Shown one piece after another: positions 38,927 to 47,266 of a stretch of DNA of 64,000 nucleotides. Where the stretch lies: NCBI GenBank assembly GCA_964473815.1, contig CAYYQK010000001.1:179845-243844 (forward strand), written 5' to 3'. The notes under the pieces were generated by a model, which was given only the letters and a program-made list of their open reading frames with translations, had not been told where the DNA came from and searched no databases. The stretch's first letter is position 1. Each line of letters begins with the position of its first letter. Made by a program: the position numbers and the translations under genes. The stretch is from an uncultured Candidatus Saccharibacteria bacterium. Its GTDB lineage: Bacteria > Patescibacteriota > Doudnabacteria > UBA920.

Positions 38927-40012
38927 TTAAGCGATTGTGTAAAGATTCTTACCAACTTTTTTTACTAATTTTTTGTTGGACAAACCAACTAAAATTGTAT
39001 TGGTCTTAACCATGCGGCGTTTTAACACTTCTTCAATAATGTCTTCACGGCTCAGTGGCTTATCAGATTCTTTTAGAATATTAACAATGATATCAGATAC
39101 AACGCCTGGCTTATAACCCCATTCAGAAAGAGCGTAAATCCCGCGGCCAACCAAAACAAAACGTTTGTCTTTAATTAGTTTGTTGTGAACAGTTTCTTTG
39201 TAGGCTGTGCGTTTGTCTAAACCGTGTTGATTAATTAAATCGGTAATTACCGAATAGTGTTCTGGTTTACCATGATGCTTCATTACTAAATAAGCTTTAT
39301 CGCCCACATCCTTTGGACGAATTTCATTCCAATGATGCAAACCAAATTCGCCAAATGGATTTTTGTGAATGCCAGAAGCAGTTTGTAAATAGTTGATAAT
39401 TACCCGTTCAGGTAATTGATTTTCGTACTTTTTGTAAAATTCTGAAGCAGAAAATTTTTCAATGAATTCATCAGGTTTTAAAGGTTTGCCATGGTTATCC
39501 AAAATACCTTTAGTTGTTTTGATGAATTCTTTTAAGAAGTCTTTATCAAAGCCAAGGCGAGACCAAGATTCTTTAATGTGTTCATCTTCGCGGTGGTTTT
39601 CTAATTCAGCCATCAAACTCAATATAAACTTCAAAGAATTGGCTTCTTCTTCGTTTTCAGCACCCAAATGACCCATTAAAGCTTTTTCCGCCATAATACC
39701 GCCATGTTCTGAAATGGTAGTAAGCAAAAGATCGCGCGCACTAATAAAAGAGTCGAGCTGTTGTACTCCGCGCTTGAGGTTCTTTAGTAAATCTTTTTCA
39801 ATTTGGCGAACACGCTCACGGGTTAAACCCTGTTCTTCGCCAACAGTCTTCAAAGTTTGTTGTTCTTCTCCGTTTAAGCCATAACGCTTAGCTAAAATGG
39901 TCTTTTCGCGGTCCTTTAAAGGATCCAAAATTTTGGAGATGATTAGATTTAGTTCGAATTGTTGTAATGATTCCTTTTGATGAGAATCAATAATGGTGTC
40001 TAAAATGCCCAT
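38927..40012 (-). CDS. DNA-binding protein: sigma-70 region-4-like HTH plus C-terminal HARE-HTH-like winged helices
   Basis: 361 aa. LKTVGEEQGLTRERVRQIEKDLLKNL resembles sigma-70 region 4.2. The C-terminus has two HARE-HTH-like units ending GRGIYALSEWGY and KKVGKNLYTIA. It lacks sigma regions 2 and 3. Confidence 0.45.
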   Translation of the reverse strand: MGILDTIIDSHQKESLQQFELNLIISKILDPLKDREKTILAKRYGLNGEEQQTLKTVGEEQGLTRERVRQIEKDLLKNLKRGVQQLDSFISARDLLLTTISEHGGIMAEKALMGHLGAENEEEANSLKFILSLMAELENHREDEHIKESWSRLGFDKDFLKEFIKTTKGILDNHGKPLKPDEFIEKFSASEFYKKYENQLPERVIINYLQTASGIHKNPFGEFGLHHWNEIRPKDVGDKAYLVMKHHGKPEHYSVITDLINQHGLDKRTAYKETVHNKLIKDKRFVLVGRGIYALSEWGYKPGVVSDIIVNILKESDKPLSREDIIEEVLKRRMVKTNTILVGLSNKKLVKKVGKNLYTIA

Positions 40013-40076
40013 GATTTTCTTGCTATAACTGAGATGGTTTTTGGCGTAAAACAGCCAAATTCCTTATAATAAATCG

Positions 40077-40105
40077 ATTATACCACTTTTTTCAGACCGT
40101 GTCAA
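40077..40105 (-). promoter_or_regulatory. Consensus sigma-70 promoter (TTGACA-17-TATAAT)
   Basis: Minus-strand reading gives TTGACACGGTCTGAAAAAAGTGGTATAATCG. Perfect -35 and -10 hexamers with 17-nt spacer, about 60 nt upstream of the 40012 start codon. Confidence 0.65.
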
Positions 40106-40126
40106 ATAATGTGGGATAATAAAAAA

Positions 40127-40151
40127 CACCTCTCTGTAAGAGGTGCTTTTT
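40127..40151. terminator. Hairpin terminator downstream of secF
   Basis: AAAAAA-CACCTCT-CTGTA-AGAGGTG-TTTTTT. Symmetric A/T runs make it bidirectional. Confidence 0.65.
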
Positions 40152-40160
40152 TGAGGAAAG

Positions 40161-41057
40161 TTATTTTCGTTGCTTGCGAGTTTTCCAATTTTGCCAAAGT
40201 ACGAGAATTGGTGAAGCTACGAAGATGGAAGAGTAAGTCCCAGAAGCAATACCAATGAACAAAGCTAAGACAAAGTAGCGGATTGTTACACCACCGAATA
40301 GCAACATAGCTAGCAACACGAACAATACAGTTAAACTAGTGTTCAAAGAACGAACCAAGGTTTGAGAAATACTGTGGTTAACGATAAAGTCGATTGGTTG
40401 ACCAGCATAGACGCGCAAGTTTTCACGGATACGGTCGAACACAATGATCGTGTCGTGAACCGAGAAACCCAGCACAGTAAGCATCGCTGTTACGAACAAG
40501 CTATCGATCTCAATCTTGAAGAAGTGTCCAAGAATAGAGAAAATTCCTAACACAATCAACAAGTCGTGAAGCAAGGCAATAATTGCGGCTAAACCGAATT
40601 GCAAAGGTGTAATTGGACGAGTAACCTTACGAAACGCGTAGGCAATGTAAGCCACAATACCCAGAGAAACCAAGATTAATTCGTAAAACGCCTTCTTCTT
40701 TAACTCTTGTCCAATTACTGGACCAATATTAGTAAAGCTTTTTTCGTCAAAATCACCAATATTGATCTTTAGATCAGCTTCTAGTTTATCATGCTGATCT
40801 TTTTCCATATTTTCGGTACGGATGATCAAGCCATTCTCCCCTGTTGCCTGCAGTTGATAGTTATGCAAACCATCGTTATCGAGAATTTGCTTAACTTTAT
40901 CCTGGTCAAAAGGTTGTTTGAATGCCAGTTCAGTTACAGTACCGCCTTTGAAGTCAATACCGAATTCTAGTCCGAAAACGCCGAGTGAAATCACTCCCAG
41001 AATCAAAACAATACCGGAAAGTGCAAATAAGTATTTGTAGTAATTTAGTAATCGCAT
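40161..41057 (-). CDS. secF: Protein translocase subunit SecF
   Basis: 298 aa. Conserved N-terminal LGIDFKGGT and the 6-TM core. Confidence 0.9.
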   Translation of the reverse strand: MRLLNYYKYLFALSGIVLILGVISLGVFGLEFGIDFKGGTVTELAFKQPFDQDKVKQILDNDGLHNYQLQATGENGLIIRTENMEKDQHDKLEADLKINIGDFDEKSFTNIGPVIGQELKKKAFYELILVSLGIVAYIAYAFRKVTRPITPLQFGLAAIIALLHDLLIVLGIFSILGHFFKIEIDSLFVTAMLTVLGFSVHDTIIVFDRIRENLRVYAGQPIDFIVNHSISQTLVRSLNTSLTVLFVLLAMLLFGGVTIRYFVLALFIGIASGTYSSIFVASPILVLWQNWKTRKQRK

Positions 41058-41058
41058 G

Positions 41059-42561
41059 TTAGTTCTGTGCTCCTTCCTTATTTGCTTTGCGCATGCTCAC
41101 ACCAAATAACCATGGGTGTGACATCAGATTGCTGGTCACAAATAATTTAATGAAGGTGCGGGTAATAGTAATTGCGGTGAACATTGAGATCAGAATACCG
41201 ATTGCCAAAGTTACAGCGAACCCTTTGATTGATGGAGTACCGAACATGTACAGAATTAATGTGGTAATCAAACTGGATACATTGGAGTCACGAATAGACA
41301 GCCATGCCCTTGCAAACCCATCGTCGATGGCTTTGTTAATGTCTTTTCCTGCCCGAATTTCTTCTTTCAAACGCTCGAAGATCAAAATGTTAGCATCTAC
41401 AGCCATACCAATTGAAAGGATGAATCCGGCGATACCTGCCAAAGTTAGAGTTACTGGAGAAACCCCACCGGCCAGTGTTAGCACAATGTAACTAATAATA
41501 GCCAGTAAGCCGAACCATCGGCTAAGGGTGAGGCCCATCAGGAAGAACACTCCCACCAGTATTACTGCAGTTAGCGAAACACCAATTTTGAATACTGCTA
41601 GGGACATCAATGTGTAAATGATCAATGCACCAATTGCGAGAATACCAGGAAAACGGTAATTGGCGATCATGAAGATCGCAATTAATAACATACCGATTAA
41701 TCCGGCAATGATAGATTTATTAATTGATTCCTGTCCAAGAGTGGCGCCAACGTTTTGCTGGGAAATTAGCTTAATTGGCACAGGCAAAGCACCAGAGTTT
41801 AAGCGAGTTGCTAATTCTTTAGCTGTTTGAGCAGTAAAGTTTCCAGAAATAATCGCTTCACCGTTAGTAATTGGAGTTTGTACTGTTGGAGCGCTCAGCA
41901 CTTGGCCATCAAGGAAAATAGCGATTTGCTTACCGACATTGGCAGTAGTCATATCGCTGAATAATTTAGTTCCTTCGGAATCAAACTGCAAACGAACGAC
42001 CACATCGTTAGAAATAGAAGTTTTACTAGAAGTTTGAATATCAGCTGTTGCTTTGGTAAGTTGTTTACCAGTTAAGCCAGTAGACTTCCATTGAGATCCT
42101 GGGTCAATAGCAACCTTACCATCAGGGCCAACTGTAGTTTTAATGTCGTTAGGATCACCTTGAGTTTTAAATTCGAGCAAAGGTGTTTGACCAATAAGTT
42201 CAATAGCTTTGTTTACATCTTTAATACCGGGCAATTCAATTACGATTTGATCTTTGCCCTGCACCTGCACAAGAGGTTCAGATACACCGAAACTGTTTAC
42301 GCGGCGTTCAATTGTATCACGCACTGCATTAAGCGCATCAGCACGATTTTCCTGAGCTACGTCTTTAAAATCTGCCTGATATACAAGATGAGATCCACCT
42401 TGTAAGTCCAACCCAAGATGAGTTGAAAATTCTTTATGATAATGGATTTTGAGTTTGTTCAGGTCGATCCGGCTACCATGAGGCCAAACTATCCACGCTG
42501 CGGCCAGTGCAATGAGAGCGATTCCGGCTAACATCAGCACTTTCATCAATATTGATTTCAT
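41059..42561 (-). CDS. secD: Protein translocase subunit SecD
   Basis: 500 aa with an LGLDLQGGSHL-type motif and periplasmic domain, immediately upstream of secF. Confidence 0.9.
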   Translation of the reverse strand: MKSILMKVLMLAGIALIALAAAWIVWPHGSRIDLNKLKIHYHKEFSTHLGLDLQGGSHLVYQADFKDVAQENRADALNAVRDTIERRVNSFGVSEPLVQVQGKDQIVIELPGIKDVNKAIELIGQTPLLEFKTQGDPNDIKTTVGPDGKVAIDPGSQWKSTGLTGKQLTKATADIQTSSKTSISNDVVVRLQFDSEGTKLFSDMTTANVGKQIAIFLDGQVLSAPTVQTPITNGEAIISGNFTAQTAKELATRLNSGALPVPIKLISQQNVGATLGQESINKSIIAGLIGMLLIAIFMIANYRFPGILAIGALIIYTLMSLAVFKIGVSLTAVILVGVFFLMGLTLSRWFGLLAIISYIVLTLAGGVSPVTLTLAGIAGFILSIGMAVDANILIFERLKEEIRAGKDINKAIDDGFARAWLSIRDSNVSSLITTLILYMFGTPSIKGFAVTLAIGILISMFTAITITRTFIKLFVTSNLMSHPWLFGVSMRKANKEGAQN

Positions 42562-42597
42562 GCGGTTATATTCCGTTTGTTTAATAATACTTCGGTA

Positions 42598-45165
42598 TTA
42601 TAGCGAGTTCAGGCGCTTTAGGCAATTGGTTATGTCGGCCCGATCACGGTCGATCCAGTTAGCTTGGGCAGTGATTTTTTCCAGGACTTGCTTTACGGTT
42701 CGCTGGCCACTAGGGGCTGGGAATTTTTTGAAGAAAGCAGAAATTTCTTTGGCTTTTTTATGACTTGAAAAATGGCCCGCTCCTTCGATTGCGAATAGCA
42801 GCAAATGATCTTTGCGGTAGATTTCATTGATGCGTGTCCAATTTGTTTTTAACCATGACCAAGCGATTTTGCGATTTTTGTCATTGGCAAACGCCCAATA
42901 AATCAAAATTGTTGCATCAGACGGTCGGACAGATTTACTTAGCAACATGTCGAGTACTTTTTGATAAATTTTAGGGTCATCAAAATTCACTAACGCTCCC
43001 CCAACCCTGCGCTGCTCTTCTTGCATATGCGCAGTGGTGTACATGGTTTTGAGCTCTTCAAAAGTTTTATTATTCCCCTGTTTTGTCACTGCGCTGTAAA
43101 TTGTACCTCTGAGATCGGGGGCAATAGGTTTTCTGTTACGTTGTTTGAAAAGTGAGATGGCTTTGGCCTGAATTGCTTTGTCACCATAGCGGATAGCTTG
43201 CGCAAGAATTAAAGATCGCAGCATCCCACGGGAATTGCTTTCTTTATGCTGCGGTGTCCAACCAACTAATTTTAGAGTTGGTTTCAAAAGCTTTAGGTAG
43301 TAAGAAGCTAATTGTTCTTGCAGTTTTGGATAATCTTGAGCGATATTGTAAATTTCTTGCAATGTTCCTGATATTTCTGCCCAGATAATATAACTCTCTT
43401 CATTCTCAAAAGCTTGTACAAATTCCAAGAAAACCGAAGTAGAGAGATGACCGCTCTTTACTAACGCGCCAAGGTCGCGAATGATACCAAATCGGTCAAT
43501 GGTACCCAACTCCTTAGTTTTGATTGGTTCGTATAACTTGGCCAGCAAAGACGGACTGTAAAGTGTTCGATAAAAGCCAGTTTCGTTTGGATTGGTCTTT
43601 AGGAAGTGGGTTTGTTCATCTACTGTAAACTTTTTTCTCAAAGTACTAAACACATCAATTTTGCTAAGTTTTTTCGTGCCAAGCTGAAGCTGTAGTGGAA
43701 TTGGCCAGGAAGTTTTGTCAGATGATTTATTAAGTGTAAATCGCGCTTGTTCCACTTGTAGCTGTCCTGGTTTTGTTTCAGCGATTTTAATTAGCGGGTA
43801 GCCATCTTTAGAAACCCATGTGTGCATAAATTTGCGAACCGGTTTCTTTGAAACTTTTTCAAAGGCTTCCCACAAATGAATGGATGAAGTGTTTTTATAG
43901 CTGTGTTTTTTTAGATACAGACGCAGACCATCGCGAAAATCTTCTGCGCCTAAGTAGTTATGTAGCATTCTTAACACACTTGCCCCTTTTGAATAGCTAA
44001 TTGCATCAAAAATTTCTGAGATTTGATCCGGATGATGTACTTCTACTTCGATCGGGTGTGTATTTTTTAAGCTATCGAGTTCAAGGGCATGAGCGTGCGC
44101 TGTTAAAACAAAACGCGTCCAGTATTTCCATTCTGGGAAAAGTTCCGCAACAACTAAATTAGCCATAAATGTGGCAAAGCTTTCGTTAAGCCATAAATAA
44201 GTCCACCACTCCATGGTAACTAGATTTCCAAACCATTGATGAACTAGCTCATGAACAATTACTTCTGCAATGCGTTGACGGTTTGCAAAAGCAGTATGAT
44301 CTTCGTCTACCAATAGTGCAGATTCACGAAAAGTTACTGCTCCCCAGTTTTCCATTGCGGCTGCAGAAAAATCTGGAATAGAAATTAAATCCAAAATTGG
44401 CAATGGATATTTTACCCCAAAATATTCGTTCATAAACTCCAGGCTGCGCTTGGCAACATCCAAAGCAAATTTTGTTTGCTTCTTTTTTCCTTTCAGAACA
44501 TATGCGCGAATTTTGACCCCATCTTTCGTTTTAGTCTCTGCAATATCGAATTCTCCTATTATATAAGCCAATAAATAGGTCGACATCTTTGGGCTTGGCT
44601 TGAAATTAACGACCTTTAGGCCAGGATCATGCTTCACTCCTTGTGGAGTACCGGTTTCAATTGTGTTGGAAATAGCATGCAAGTGCTTTGGTACAATGAG
44701 TGAAAGTTCAAAAATTGCTTTTTGGGCTGGCTCATCAAAACAAGGGAAAGCTCGACGCGCATCGGTGGATTCAAATTGCGTTGTGACTATATGTTTTGTT
44801 TCTCCCAAATGTTGATACTGGCTTTTGTAAAAACCACGCAAACTTTCGGCAATCACTCCGCGGAATTCTAAATACAACCGCCCTTTGCCTTTAGGTAAAA
44901 CTTTTCTGAAATTTATTGTTACAGTTTCGTTTTTCTCCTGGTAGGCAATCTTTGCAATTTCTATTCGATCTTTACCGATTTGAAACCACCCGTCAGTAAT
45001 TTCCAAATCCTTGCTGTGCAAAATAATTTTTTTGTCAGCTTGAGTTAATGTAACAAAAATAGTTTCTGATCCTGCAAAAGAAAAAGCCTCCATATCGGGT
45101 TGTATTCGGAGTTTATATTTTTGTGGGGTGATATGCTTCGGCAAACGAACGTTGGTTTTACTCAT
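42598..45165 (-). CDS. pepN: Aminopeptidase N (M1 family)
   Basis: 855 aa with GAMENWG, HELVHQWFGNLVTMEWW and LNESFA zinc-binding motifs. Confidence 0.9.
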   Translation of the reverse strand: MSKTNVRLPKHITPQKYKLRIQPDMEAFSFAGSETIFVTLTQADKKIILHSKDLEITDGWFQIGKDRIEIAKIAYQEKNETVTINFRKVLPKGKGRLYLEFRGVIAESLRGFYKSQYQHLGETKHIVTTQFESTDARRAFPCFDEPAQKAIFELSLIVPKHLHAISNTIETGTPQGVKHDPGLKVVNFKPSPKMSTYLLAYIIGEFDIAETKTKDGVKIRAYVLKGKKKQTKFALDVAKRSLEFMNEYFGVKYPLPILDLISIPDFSAAAMENWGAVTFRESALLVDEDHTAFANRQRIAEVIVHELVHQWFGNLVTMEWWTYLWLNESFATFMANLVVAELFPEWKYWTRFVLTAHAHALELDSLKNTHPIEVEVHHPDQISEIFDAISYSKGASVLRMLHNYLGAEDFRDGLRLYLKKHSYKNTSSIHLWEAFEKVSKKPVRKFMHTWVSKDGYPLIKIAETKPGQLQVEQARFTLNKSSDKTSWPIPLQLQLGTKKLSKIDVFSTLRKKFTVDEQTHFLKTNPNETGFYRTLYSPSLLAKLYEPIKTKELGTIDRFGIIRDLGALVKSGHLSTSVFLEFVQAFENEESYIIWAEISGTLQEIYNIAQDYPKLQEQLASYYLKLLKPTLKLVGWTPQHKESNSRGMLRSLILAQAIRYGDKAIQAKAISLFKQRNRKPIAPDLRGTIYSAVTKQGNNKTFEELKTMYTTAHMQEEQRRVGGALVNFDDPKIYQKVLDMLLSKSVRPSDATILIYWAFANDKNRKIAWSWLKTNWTRINEIYRKDHLLLFAIEGAGHFSSHKKAKEISAFFKKFPAPSGQRTVKQVLEKITAQANWIDRDRADITNCLKRLNSL

Positions 45166-45715
45166 TTATAATCCTTTTTAACTTTTTAAAATCTTTGGCA
45201 ATGATCTGGCGCAGCTTTGGTAAATACAGCGCTGCAGCTGGATGATAGCTGATGAAATATTTTAGCCCGTCAATAACTACAACTGTTCCATGGGCCTTAC
45301 TGATTGATAGCTTTGTATTGAGTTGAGAAACTGTTGCACTATTGCCAAGCAAGACAACAACTTTTGGTTTAATCACTTTTAGTTGTTGCAATAAATGTAT
45401 TCTACCATGCTCTATATCTTTTGGCTTTGGGGTAATATAGTTTTTAGGTAAATATTTGATGGAGCTGGTAATGAATGTGTCTTTTTCTGTTAAATCAGTA
45501 TTTTTGATCCACTCTCGCAATAAAGTTCCTGAGCGACCGACAAATGGGCGCCCGGTTTTAATTTCTTCTTTGCCAGGAGCCTCTCCAATAAAAACAACTT
45601 TTGCTGTCGCGCTACCTTCACCGACAACTAATTGACCTTGCTTTGATTTATTACAAATCGAGCATTCCAAAATTCGCTTGTTAACAAGTTGTAATTCCTG
45701 TTCAGATTTAGACAT
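45158..45715 (-). CDS. Uracil-DNA glycosylase, family 4
   Basis: 185 aa with GEAPGKEE ... GRPFVGRSG and N-terminal Cys residues (CSICNKS). Overlaps the pepN start by 8 nt. Confidence 0.75.
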   Translation of the reverse strand: MSKSEQELQLVNKRILECSICNKSKQGQLVVGEGSATAKVVFIGEAPGKEEIKTGRPFVGRSGTLLREWIKNTDLTEKDTFITSSIKYLPKNYITPKPKDIEHGRIHLLQQLKVIKPKVVVLLGNSATVSQLNTKLSISKAHGTVVVIDGLKYFISYHPAAALYLPKLRQIIAKDFKKLKRIINE

Positions 45716-45716
45716 T

Positions 45717-46259
45717 TTAACTGATAATATTAGCAGATCCTGCTTTCAGTTCGTGATCCACAATTTCACCTAAAGGCGTGTCAGTAAATTTAACTTCTTG
45801 TCCCCACTCGTTAATTTCAATTACTAAGGTGTTGTGGCCTCCGTTGGATTTTTCTTTAAACAGAACATCTTTGTTTTTTAGAATTGAAGCAGCCTCTTCT
45901 AAATTATTTGTGAAAATTTCTATATGATCGATAAGATCATAGGTTGTTGCAATAGCTCCCGGCTTTGGTTCGATGATTTCTAATAGATTAACTGAACCAA
46001 AAGTTCCAGCTTCAAGTGGCTTTTGTAACACCACCGTGGCAAGATCCCGATCATTTATTCTCGCAGAACTTAAACGCTCCGAAAGAGGTTTGTAAATATC
46101 TAAATATTGTTCGTAAGTTTCTCTATTCAGCGCCTTAATAGCCACATGATCAATGGGCTTGTCTATTACTAAATTAGCTAAGCCGTAGGAATAAAAAAAG
46201 AGCTTAGCTTCTTCTGAATAATTAGACAAAAGTTCTTGTAAGCGATTAGGTTGAATCAT
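45717..46259 (-). CDS. Hypothetical protein, possibly VOC (glyoxalase-fold) family
   Basis: 180 aa with two DH(V/I)-initiated segments (IDHVAIKAL..., IDHIEIFTN...) suggestive of paired beta-alpha-beta-beta-beta modules. Weak. Confidence 0.3.
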   Translation of the reverse strand: MIQPNRLQELLSNYSEEAKLFFYSYGLANLVIDKPIDHVAIKALNRETYEQYLDIYKPLSERLSSARINDRDLATVVLQKPLEAGTFGSVNLLEIIEPKPGAIATTYDLIDHIEIFTNNLEEAASILKNKDVLFKEKSNGGHNTLVIEINEWGQEVKFTDTPLGEIVDHELKAGSANIIS

Positions 46260-46260
46260 T

Positions 46261-46488
46261 TTATTTTTCTCTAATCCATTGGAAGCGTGGGACTTGTTCT
46301 CCGTACCAATCTACCAATTCTTCAAATTGCTCTAAGGGTCTGACGTACAAAGGAAAGTTATCGTATTGGCCTTGGTATACCACCAATTCACGCTCGCGGT
46401 TATTTTCATCTTCAGCAACACCAATTAAAAGGTATTCCCCGCCCTTTTCTCCTTTATAGTGTCTGTAAATTCCTGGTTTAAGTGTCAT
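46261..46488 (-). CDS. DUF1653-family small protein
   Basis: 75 aa. GIYRHYKG ... ELVVYQ pattern characteristic of DUF1653. Confidence 0.55.
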   Translation of the reverse strand: MTLKPGIYRHYKGEKGGEYLLIGVAEDENNRERELVVYQGQYDNFPLYVRPLEQFEELVDWYGEQVPRFQWIREK

Positions 46489-46870
46489 AAGTTAAAAAAA
46501 TTTTTTTTAGCCGGCCAAATGTTCATGGATCTCATTTGATCCAGAGTAAAATATTTAGCTTCTCTAATTTCGTCTTTATTTATTTTGATTTCACCTGCTT
46601 CAATTTCGCACTTCCACCAATGTGCTTGTTCATCTTGAATGTCGTTACTAGATTCAGATATTTTTTCGATTGGTTTAATCTCAATATTCAATTCTTCTTT
46701 CAGTTCTCTTTTTAATGCCTCGACTTCAGTTTCGTATTCCTCCACGTGCCCACTCGGTGGATAATAATAACCCGTGAATTGACCAAAATCTTTTTAGAAT
46801 TTACTAAGAGATATTCGTCGATGCCCTCATCGTTCATTCGTGAAATTACCGCAACTACAACTTCTTTCAT
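46485..46870 (-). pseudogene. NUDIX hydrolase gene interrupted by a 1-nt indel in a homopolymer run
   Basis: ATG at 46870 gives MKEVVVAVISRMNDEGIDEYLLVNSKK then runs into a stop. The -1 frame continues (K)DFGQFTGYYYPPSGHVEEYETEVEALKRELKEELNIEI..., which is a NUDIX box, down to the stop at 46485. The break is at TCTAAAAAGATTTTGG. One extra A would restore a single about 128-aa ORF. Confidence 0.55.
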
Positions 46871-47266
46871 CTACTTTCTGATTTCTGGTATACGGCTGCG
46901 CGGTATTACGCGCACTTGCACTGTTTGGTGCCCTAAGATTTTTGACTTCATTAGTCTGTGCAAGCCATCCAGAATTAGCCATTTACCTTTATTTTCCATA
47001 ATGTCGATCGGATAATCAAGATTCACTGCCATTGTTCGCTTGTACTCTTCTTCGTGTAGTTCAGGATTCTTCATAATTTCATTCGGGGTAAGTTTATTAA
47101 TACCGTATTCCCAAACAAAAGGCACGTCAAAATGCCATTCCAATTCAGAGATATTCATTGGCTCAACTTTTTCGTTTAGCTCCCAAACTTTGCGCACATC
47201 CCAAGAAAAATCAAATCCCGATTCATCAACTATTTCTGGTAAATTTGTGTTTCCCGATTGGTTCAT
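46871..47266 (-). CDS. Hypothetical protein (weak ParB/Srx-fold-like DGxHR motif)
   Basis: 131 aa. WLILDGLHRL is reminiscent of ParB-like nuclease domain motifs. Otherwise unrecognised. Confidence 0.25.
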   Translation of the reverse strand: MNQSGNTNLPEIVDESGFDFSWDVRKVWELNEKVEPMNISELEWHFDVPFVWEYGINKLTPNEIMKNPELHEEEYKRTMAVNLDYPIDIMENKGKWLILDGLHRLMKSKILGHQTVQVRVIPRSRIPEIRK

